A stretch of 32,000 nt of DNA from an archaeon GW2011_AR10. Its GTDB lineage: Archaea; Iainarchaeota; Iainarchaeia; Iainarchaeales; GW2011-AR10. Position 1 is the stretch's first letter; every line of letters begins with the position of its first letter. Positions 14,264 to 20,686 of this stretch are shown here, in pieces. The DNA lies in NCBI GenBank assembly GCA_000830275.1, contig CP010424.1, positions 240,001 through 272,000 of the forward strand. The letters run 5' to 3'. Below the pieces are notes generated by a model that did not search any database, had not been told where the DNA came from, and saw nothing but the letters and a program-made list of their open reading frames with translations. Made by a program: the position numbers and the translations under genes.

Positions 14264-15355
14264 ATGGACAAAAAGCAGCTCTTGGAGCAGTTTAAGGACT
14301 TTGCAGCTGGTCTTTCAAAAAAAGACAGAATTGCCATACTGCACGACTCGGATGCTGACGGCTTAAGCGCTGCGGTTATTGCCGCAAAAGCGGTTGAAAG
14401 ACTTTCAGGAAAAAAGCCTGTTCTGGTTTTAACGCAGGGTCACAGCCCGGTTTCAATTCAGGAGCAGACAATTGCGGTATTAAAAAAGAAAAAAATTTCA
14501 AAGCTTATAACAGTTGACTTGGCCGTTTGCCAGAACCCGGAAACAGTTAGAAAAGTTGAAAAGTTTGCCCGGCTGCTTGTAATAGACCACCACAAGCTAT
14601 ACAACAACATTTCCTCAAAAAAAACCGTTTTTCTTAATGCAAAGTTTTTTGCCTCTTTTGACCCAAGCATGTACGTTACCTCAAAGTTCTGCTTTGACTT
14701 GTTCAAAGAGGTTGTTGACTTGCGCGGCCTTGAATGGGTCGCATGCATTGGAATTCTGGGTGACAGCGCGCTTGAGAAATGGGAAAAGTTTGTAAAGGCC
14801 TCTCTTAAATCGGAGAAAATTTCAATGGCTGACTTTGAAATTCTTGTTGGATTGGTTGGGGCAGTTGAAGTAGTGGACAAAACAAAAATGAAGAACCTTT
14901 TCAGTGAGTTCTTCAATGCGGAAAACCCGAAGCAGCTGCTGAAGTCAAAGTTCCTGAAATTCAGCAAGATAGTGGAGATGGAAAAGAAAAAAATCCTGGG
15001 TGGGTTTGACAAAAAAGCAGAGTTTTTTCCAGAGCGCCAGCTTGTGTTTTTCCAGTTTGAATCAAAGTTGGGCATAAAGTCTGCAGTAATAAACGAGCTT
15101 AGCAGCAGGCGTTTCCCAAATTCTACGGTCATTGTTGTGCAGGAACATGAAGAAGGATTTCTCACAATCAGCGCGAGGAGACAGGACTTCAAGGTTAGGG
15201 TAAATGACCTCCTGGAAAAAGCAGTTAAGCCGCTTGAAAACGCTTTTGCCGGCGGCCACATTCCTGCAGCTGGCGGAAAAATACAGAAAAGCGATTTAAA
15301 AAAATTCAAGGAGAACATCCTCAAAGAGCTCAAGCCGCAGAAACCAAAGAAATAA
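14264..15355 (+). CDS. DHH/DHHA1-family phosphoesterase (RecJ-like or NrnA-like)
   Basis: 363 aa with the DHH motifs ILHDSDADG, TVD, LVIDHH and GDS, and the DHHA1 motif GGHIPAAGG near the C-terminus. Confidence 0.85.
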   Translation: MDKKQLLEQFKDFAAGLSKKDRIAILHDSDADGLSAAVIAAKAVERLSGKKPVLVLTQGHSPVSIQEQTIAVLKKKKISKLITVDLAVCQNPETVRKVEKFARLLVIDHHKLYNNISSKKTVFLNAKFFASFDPSMYVTSKFCFDLFKEVVDLRGLEWVACIGILGDSALEKWEKFVKASLKSEKISMADFEILVGLVGAVEVVDKTKMKNLFSEFFNAENPKQLLKSKFLKFSKIVEMEKKKILGGFDKKAEFFPERQLVFFQFESKLGIKSAVINELSSRRFPNSTVIVVQEHEEGFLTISARRQDFKVRVNDLLEKAVKPLENAFAGGHIPAAGGKIQKSDLKKFKENILKELKPQKPKK

Positions 15356-15359
15356 ATAC
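15352..15359 (+). promoter_or_regulatory. Candidate TATA box for the pilin-ILEI gene (leaderless)
   Basis: ATAAATAC is centred about 25 nt upstream of ATG 15381 and overlaps the stop codon of the DHH gene. Confidence 0.35.
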
Positions 15360-15380
15360 AAAAAGTGCTTTATTGTTTGG

Positions 15381-16181
15381 ATGGGCAGAGCGCAGGGAGC
15401 ATTAGAGTACCTTCTTTTGATTGGCGGCGCAATTCTGGTTGCAGTGATAGTTGTTAGCGTTCTCTCCGGAATTGGCGGTGGCGGCGGCACTGAAGCGCGC
15501 AAAGTTGCGGCTGATGCATTATGCGCCAAGTATGGCAATCAGGTGCTATGTAACGGAAGGCAGGTTCAATTGCAGGGTGAAACCGTAACCTGCATATGGA
15601 AATCGACCGGAGGAGTTTGCAGGGCTAATTTGGTTGAAATATCAGTTCCAGTTGCATTGCAGGCAAATTCAGCTGGAAGCGGTTCTGAACTCATCCCTCC
15701 ACAGGCAGCCTATGCACAGATCTATGTTAATGGAGTGCAGCGCGCGAACAACACAAGGGGCCTGAACATTGTTGTAGTGAATGAGACAACTGGCGCATAC
15801 ATTAATGATGATACTTTTGACACCTATGATGCGTCGTGTTCTGCGCTGGTTCCACTAACAAATTTCATTAACAGTATTTCTGCTGGAAGAATTGTTTTGA
15901 TGGCTGCAAGGGATGAGTGGGCTAGGGATTTCAAGCAGACTGGTGGATGCCCCGTCGCCCAAAGGGATGCAGCTTACACTGCTCTGGAATCAATTCATGC
16001 GGACACGTTGGTGAATATTCCTGATTTTCCTTTCTCTCCGCCATGGGACGCTGGAAACTGCGATTATGCTTCCTCTTACGCAATGATTTCAGTTAAGGGT
16101 TCCGGCCTTTACACGGAGCAGTACAGCCAAAACAGAAATAATTGCAGTGGAGTTCCTGTTACAGTTTCATACTCGCCATAA
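15381..16181 (+). CDS. Type IV pilin-like protein with a C-terminal FAM3/ILEI (PANDER-like) domain
   Basis: 266 aa. The class III signal is MGRAQGALEYLLLIGGAILVAVIVV, followed by a G5 linker. Residues ~95-245 include RGLNIVVVNETTGAYINDDTFDTYDASCSALVPLTNFINSISAGRIVLMAARDEWARDF. This parallels the FAM3/ILEI core as I recall it (RGINVA..N..TGEV....FD.W......F..FL..I..GTIVLM..YDDG). Confidence 0.8.
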   Translation: MGRAQGALEYLLLIGGAILVAVIVVSVLSGIGGGGGTEARKVAADALCAKYGNQVLCNGRQVQLQGETVTCIWKSTGGVCRANLVEISVPVALQANSAGSGSELIPPQAAYAQIYVNGVQRANNTRGLNIVVVNETTGAYINDDTFDTYDASCSALVPLTNFINSISAGRIVLMAARDEWARDFKQTGGCPVAQRDAAYTALESIHADTLVNIPDFPFSPPWDAGNCDYASSYAMISVKGSGLYTEQYSQNRNNCSGVPVTVSYSP

Positions 16182-16192
16182 GCCAGCATTAG

Positions 16193-17167
16193 TCAATCAA
16201 CAATTACTTCCTGTCTTTCATCTTTTGCTTTTGCAGCGGCTTTCTCAATGTTTTTCGGCCAGCCCCTGCCTTTTTCCACTACTTTCTCGGAAATTCCGCG
16301 TGGCCCCAATTTTTTTGAAACGTATTCTTTTACCTTCTTTGAGTCAATTGATTTGCATGATGAAACAGCAACCAGCGCAAAGCCTTTTTCTGGAAAAGTA
16401 TGAATTGCTATGTGGCTTTCAGCTATCACCACTACTCCAGAAATTCCAGAATCCTGGGTGTTCTTTGCCTTGTAATTGAAAACATTTGGTTCAGAGATTT
16501 TTTTAAGTTCAAGAATTGAAGGCATTTCGTTAAGCATCTGCCTCACAACCTTAATGCTGTCAAGTTTTTCCTTTTTGCAGCCAACGCACTGCAGCAATAT
16601 CTGCTTTGTGTAAAAGAAATCTGTTGAGTGGATAAAGAACGGCATCAGCCTGTCAGCGAAATTGTAGCCCAAGTCGAACAATAGCAGGGCAAAGAAGTAA
16701 ACCCAGTTGCTGGTTATTACGCCGATTGCAAGCGCTCCTGCTTCAAGGATTAAGCGGCTTTTAACAGCCAGCCCAAAAACTTTTCCTGTTTCAATTCCCT
16801 TTTCACTTCTTCTGTCAGCCCAGTCATTCAGTTTTTCATCAGCAAAGCCCAGCAGTACAAACAGCGCCATGAATGGAATGCTTACCTGCGGGAGGCCAAA
16901 AGCCAGAGTTGTTGCAATCAGTGCTGCAACCGCGAGCTGGTGCGCCCTATCATCAATTTTTCCTGCGATTAAAACACTTATTGTGATTGCAAGAACCAAT
17001 GTTGCAAATTCAGTGGACTGTGCAACAAGGAATCCTGCAAGAAAACCGTAAGTAATGCCAAGCAGGTTTTTCGCAAAGCCGTGCCATACAAACGGCTCAT
17101 CCACGAGATTGTCAGTGAGCTTTGTGATAAAACCTGTTACAAAAGCCAAGGCAAAGCCTAGAACCAT
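16193..17167 (-). CDS. speH: Fusion protein: N-terminal polytopic membrane domain plus C-terminal pyruvoyl-dependent S-adenosylmethionine decarboxylase-like (SpeH/SpeD class 1) domain
   Basis: 324 aa. Residues ~1-180 form about 6-7 hydrophobic helices with no motif I recognise. Residues ~185-300 read KQILLQCVGC...GISGVVVIAESHIAIHTFPEKGFALVAVSSC and match small prokaryotic AdoMetDC, including the Glu250-Ser251 autoprocessing site (Ser codon at 16415-16417). The start overlaps the dys stop by one base (TAATG, 17165-17169), and GAGGA lies 7 nt upstream. Confidence 0.8.
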   Translation of the reverse strand: MVLGFALAFVTGFITKLTDNLVDEPFVWHGFAKNLLGITYGFLAGFLVAQSTEFATLVLAITISVLIAGKIDDRAHQLAVAALIATTLAFGLPQVSIPFMALFVLLGFADEKLNDWADRRSEKGIETGKVFGLAVKSRLILEAGALAIGVITSNWVYFFALLLFDLGYNFADRLMPFFIHSTDFFYTKQILLQCVGCKKEKLDSIKVVRQMLNEMPSILELKKISEPNVFNYKAKNTQDSGISGVVVIAESHIAIHTFPEKGFALVAVSSCKSIDSKKVKEYVSKKLGPRGISEKVVEKGRGWPKNIEKAAAKAKDERQEVIVD

Positions 17168-18078
17168 TATTTTTCCTCTTTGATTGCTGCAATTATCAAT
17201 GGAAATAGTATTGTCGCATCCCCAACAACCGTAACTGATTTTCCTTTCTCCTTTATTTTTCCCCAGCTTTTTGCTTCGTGCGTTCTCGCGCCGCTGAGCG
17301 AGCCATCATATTCTGAGGCGGTTGAAACGTAAACAGCCAAGTCTAGGCCGCCCCTTACAATTGAGGCTCCGATTACATGGTGCTTTGAGATTCCGCCACC
17401 GAGAATGATTCCGGAAGTTTTTTCTGCGTTAAGCACCAACTCCGAGAATTCCTTCATGTCCTTGGTCACGTCAACTGAAAAATCAGGAAAATCCTGCTTG
17501 AAGAAGTACATCTGCAGGCCAATTGCTCCATCAGTTATGCCTGGGCAGAACACAGGAATGTTGTTTTTTGCGCACCAGTAAAGGAAACTGCTTTCATTCA
17601 GCTTTCCGCCAATGAACTTGTTGAGTTCGCTTGGAGAAACAGTTTTGTTTTCCGCGTGCAATTCTTTAAGCATTGGCTGGAACTTTTTTTCAAGCAGTTC
17701 GTAATGAGAGTTCGGCACAAAAATGTTGCCTATCCTGTTAATTCCTTTCCTGTGCAGTTTAACGTCGTCAGCATCAAAGCTTCCCTTATAGTACGGGTTG
17801 AAGGACTTCATGATGTCGTGGTCAATTGCCCCGGCAGTTGTAATAACTGCATCGACAAACTTTTCCTTACACATCTGCGAAATAACCCCGCGCAGCCCAG
17901 AGGCAACCATGTTTGCGGTGAATGATAAAAAAACAGTGTGCTGTTTTCTCTTCATTTCCCTGATGATTTCAACTGCTTCAGCTAAATGGGTTGCCTGGAA
18001 GCCAGTGCTTTCAAGCTGTTTCACAAGCCCTGAAGCACTTGCACCTGCCCTCAGTTCAATGTCCTTGATTTTGTCCAT
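17167..18078 (-). CDS. dys: Deoxyhypusine synthase
   Basis: 303 aa. Family blocks include VFLSFTANMVASGLR, ITTAGAIDHD and GGGISKHH, plus the catalytic-lysine block HEAKSWGKI. GGTGG lies 5-9 nt upstream of the ATG. Confidence 0.93.
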   Translation of the reverse strand: MDKIKDIELRAGASASGLVKQLESTGFQATHLAEAVEIIREMKRKQHTVFLSFTANMVASGLRGVISQMCKEKFVDAVITTAGAIDHDIMKSFNPYYKGSFDADDVKLHRKGINRIGNIFVPNSHYELLEKKFQPMLKELHAENKTVSPSELNKFIGGKLNESSFLYWCAKNNIPVFCPGITDGAIGLQMYFFKQDFPDFSVDVTKDMKEFSELVLNAEKTSGIILGGGISKHHVIGASIVRGGLDLAVYVSTASEYDGSLSGARTHEAKSWGKIKEKGKSVTVVGDATILFPLIIAAIKEEK

Positions 18079-18208
18079 TAAGCCACCATTAAAGAAATCG
18101 TTGAAAAAACAGTTCCGCCCTATATTGGCAGAGTGAACATGAAGGATTTTACCGTTAAAACTGTATTTAAAGATATGTTAGTTTATTATTCTGCGGGTGC
18201 AAAAGTTA

Positions 18209-18661
18209 ATGCTTTTATCCGGCAGGAAGCAGTTCGCCTCGATTTTTGCAATTGCATTTGTGTTCGTTGTAGCAATTGCGATTTTGCTTTTTCAGGGGCC
18301 TTCAAGGGAAACGGTTTCCTGGCTTGAATGCGATGACTCCAACACATTAAAATCAATTGATTTAAACAAACAGCATGTTATTCTGAACAGTGAAAACAAG
18401 GAGTTTGAAAAATTTTTTGGCGATGGCTCCCCTGCGCCGCCAAACCAGAAGAACACTTTTCTATCGGAGAACGGCGAAAAAATAGTCTTCTTTTTTTTGA
18501 AGGGCAATGATTCCTGCAGGGCCGAATACAAGCTTGTTGATTTGCGCCCTGAAAGCGCGGTAATCAATTTCCAAAGGGCATGCTCAATAGAGTCCGTGCC
18601 AATAGTTGAAAATGACTGTGATTTTCAAGTTGTTTGGAGTTTTACGGTTGATGCCAAATGA
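18209..18661 (+). CDS. Hypothetical N-terminally anchored or secreted small protein
   Basis: The ORF track starts at GTG 18197. ATG 18209 gives MLLSGRKQFASIFAIAFVFVVAIAILLF (signal anchor), followed by a ~120-aa domain with 4 Cys that I cannot assign to a family. The Fe-ADH gene follows 28 nt later with GGTG upstream, so the two are probably co-transcribed. Confidence 0.5.
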   Translation: MLLSGRKQFASIFAIAFVFVVAIAILLFQGPSRETVSWLECDDSNTLKSIDLNKQHVILNSENKEFEKFFGDGSPAPPNQKNTFLSENGEKIVFFFLKGNDSCRAEYKLVDLRPESAVINFQRACSIESVPIVENDCDFQVVWSFTVDAK

Positions 18662-18689
18662 ATTAATATTTTTTTGATAGTGGTGTGTA

Positions 18690-19778
18690 ATGGCCTATTT
18701 TCTTCCAACAAAAATTGTTTTTGGTGAAAAAACATTCCTGAAAATTTTCTATGAACTAAAAGAAAGAAAAGTGAAAAAGCCCCTTCTTGTGTGCGGGAAA
18801 CATTTCACTTCAACAATGCATTTTAAGGAACTTAAAAAAAACCTGAAAGGCATGGAAGTTTTTTCGCGCATTGAAGCAAACCCCTCAACTGCTTCAGTTG
18901 ACAAGGCAGCTGAAATGATGAATGAAAAAAGCTGCGATGCGGTTATAGGCATTGGCGGCGGCAGCGTTCTTGATGCAGCAAAAGTTGTTGCATGCATGAA
19001 GAACTTTTCCGGGAGCTGCGAGTCCCTTTATGAAAAAATCCGCGTGAAGGAAAAAGTGCCTTTTTTTGCTTTGCCAACTACCTCGGGCTCAGGAAGCGAA
19101 GCCACAAAATATTCAGTGTTAACGCGTTCCTCCGGCATGAAGGAAACACTGAAAGATGACCTTTTTTATCCTGAAGCGGCAATAGTTGACCCAGAGCTTA
19201 CGTATTCAATGCCTGCAAGTGTAACCGCTGCAACAGGAATTGATGCTTTCTGCCAAGCGGTTGAAGCTTACTGGGCTGCGACATCAATGCCTGAAACAGA
19301 CGAGTTTGCCGAGGCTGCAATAAAACTTTCTTTTAAAACTCTTCCGAAGGTTGTTAATGCCCCTGACAAGAGTTCAAGGCATGACATGGCGCTTGCTTCC
19401 CTGACCACTGCGCGTGCCTTCAGCAACACTGGCACAACAGCATGCCACACACTTTCCTATGCCTTCACAAAATACTATGGCTTAGTGCACGGCTTTGCTG
19501 TTGCATTAACCATTCCCTCTTTTTTGGAGTTTTACTCTGAAAGCACTGAAAAGTGCCTTGCCATCTGCGGCTTTTTTGGGGTTAACACAATTGGTGAAGG
19601 AAAACAAAAAATTCTGGGTTTAATGAGGGAAGTTGGCGCACCAACAAGGCTCAGGGAAATCGGCTGCAAAAAAAAGGATTTGCAGAAAATAATTGAGTTA
19701 AGCCTGGCAGACAAACTTGGCAACCCGCGCAACCATTCAGCGGAAGACTTGGAAAAAATTTTTGAGAAAATATTTTAA
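18690..19778 (+). CDS. Iron-containing (group III) alcohol dehydrogenase family oxidoreductase
   Basis: 362 aa with LPTKIVFGE, EANPSTASVDKAAEMM, CDAVIGIGGGSVLDAAK, LPTTSGSGSE and the His-containing metal-site block ACHTLSYAF...LVHG. The substrate is not inferable. Confidence 0.85.
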   Translation: MAYFLPTKIVFGEKTFLKIFYELKERKVKKPLLVCGKHFTSTMHFKELKKNLKGMEVFSRIEANPSTASVDKAAEMMNEKSCDAVIGIGGGSVLDAAKVVACMKNFSGSCESLYEKIRVKEKVPFFALPTTSGSGSEATKYSVLTRSSGMKETLKDDLFYPEAAIVDPELTYSMPASVTAATGIDAFCQAVEAYWAATSMPETDEFAEAAIKLSFKTLPKVVNAPDKSSRHDMALASLTTARAFSNTGTTACHTLSYAFTKYYGLVHGFAVALTIPSFLEFYSESTEKCLAICGFFGVNTIGEGKQKILGLMREVGAPTRLREIGCKKKDLQKIIELSLADKLGNPRNHSAEDLEKIFEKIF

Positions 19779-19788
19779 CAACCCAAAA

Positions 19789-20541
19789 TTATTTTTTGTT
19801 CAGGAACTCAAAAGCGTTTCTGAAAATCTGCATTCCTTCTCCTTCCTCAGGAAAATCCTTTCTAGTTGACAAAGGGTTGGTTATGGAGAAAAGCACTTTT
19901 TCCGGGTGAGGCATCAAACCGAAAACCCTGCCTGTTTCATCGCATATTCCTGCAATGTCTGCAACTGAACCATTGGGGTTTTCAGCGTACTTGAATACAA
20001 TCTGCCTGTTTTCGGCAAGCCTTTCAATCACTTTTCTGTCCTTTGGAACAAATCTTCCCTCGCCATGGTTTATGGGGCAGTAAATGCTCTCAACGCCTTT
20101 CACGAAAGGCGTTTTATTGCTTTCTTTTTTCAGCAAAACCCATTCATCCTGGAAGTGGCCTGACTTGTTGAATGTCAGCGTTGCAAGCTGCTCGGAGTAA
20201 TTGCCTTTAAAGCCCGGCAGAATGCCTGCTTTGACCAGCGCCTGGAAGCCGTTGCATATTCCAAGCACTAGGTTTCCTGATTCAATGAATTCAGGTATTT
20301 CACTGCTTAGTTTCAGCCTCAGCTTGTTTGCAAGAACCTTTGCTGAACCAAGGTAATCTCCGAAAGTGAAGCCGCCGGGCACTACAAGCAGCCTGTAGTC
20401 CTGCAGTGACTTCTTTTTTCTGGTTAGTTCGTTGATGTGAACCAAGTCTGCCTTGAAGCCGGCAAGACTCAATGCAGCCATTGTCTCAAAATCACAGTTC
20501 GTTCCAGCTGCCCTCAACACAATTGCGTTCGGCTTTGCCAT
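19789..20541 (-). CDS. purQ: Phosphoribosylformylglycinamidine synthase, glutaminase subunit
   Basis: MAKPNAIVLRAAGTNCDFE, LLVVPGGFTFGDYL, catalytic-Cys block LGICNGFQAL and GLMPHPE. I chose ATG 20541 rather than the TTG at 20559 used by the ORF track. Confidence 0.93.
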   Translation of the reverse strand: MAKPNAIVLRAAGTNCDFETMAALSLAGFKADLVHINELTRKKKSLQDYRLLVVPGGFTFGDYLGSAKVLANKLRLKLSSEIPEFIESGNLVLGICNGFQALVKAGILPGFKGNYSEQLATLTFNKSGHFQDEWVLLKKESNKTPFVKGVESIYCPINHGEGRFVPKDRKVIERLAENRQIVFKYAENPNGSVADIAGICDETGRVFGLMPHPEKVLFSITNPLSTRKDFPEEGEGMQIFRNAFEFLNKK

Positions 20542-20574
20542 TTCAACCCACCATTTCAAATAATTTTTTTTGTT

Positions 20575-20591
20575 TCATTTTTTTCACCATT
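20575..20591 (-). repeat. Copy A of a 17-nt perfect direct repeat (minus strand AATGGTGAAAAAAATGA: stop, SD-like GGTGA, A6 spacer, ATG)
   Basis: tcatttttttcaccatt at 20575-20591 is identical to 20670-20686. On the minus strand it contains the TGA stop of a 29-codon ORF and the ATG of an 11-codon ORF. Confidence 0.9.
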
Positions 20592-20669
20592 CAACTGCCA
20601 GTGTCAGTTGACACCACAATACCTCAAGGGATTTCACTTCGTTCAATCCCTTATAAATATTTCCAAAAA

Positions 20670-20686
20670 TCATTTTTTTCACCATT
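20670..20686 (-). repeat. Copy B of the 17-nt perfect direct repeat, spanning the purL stop codon
   Basis: tcatttttttcaccatt at 20670-20686. On the minus strand it contains the last Trp codon and TGA of purL (stop at 20679-20681), then six A, then the ATG at 20671-20673. Confidence 0.9.

Noticed and set aside
14458-15333. 291-aa minus-strand ORF, the longest unassigned ORF in the track
   Set aside because: It is fully antisense to the DHH phosphoesterase, which has all family motifs. Its S/F/L-rich composition is what the reverse complement of a K/E-rich gene produces.
18690-19778. Calling the Fe-ADH-family gene glycerol-1-phosphate dehydrogenase (egsA, archaeal lipid synthesis)
   Set aside because: The blocks LPTKIVFGE, EANPS..VDKA and IGIGGGSVLDAAK match classical group III Fe-alcohol dehydrogenases better than my recollection of G1PDH. 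Without a profile search I left the substrate unassigned.
20542-20559. TTG-initiated extension of purQ (MKWWVE...)
   Set aside because: ATG 20541 gives the canonical PurQ N-terminus MAKPNAIVL. The extension is better explained as part of the repeated TTGAAATGGTG module and of the 11-codon upstream ORF, which is in another frame.
20575-20686. The 17-nt perfect direct repeat considered as a CRISPR or mobile-element terminal repeat
   Set aside because: There are only two full copies, 95 nt apart start to start (78 nt between them). One overlaps the purL stop codon. There are no cas, transposase or integrase genes. The repeat is better explained as a duplicated gene junction.
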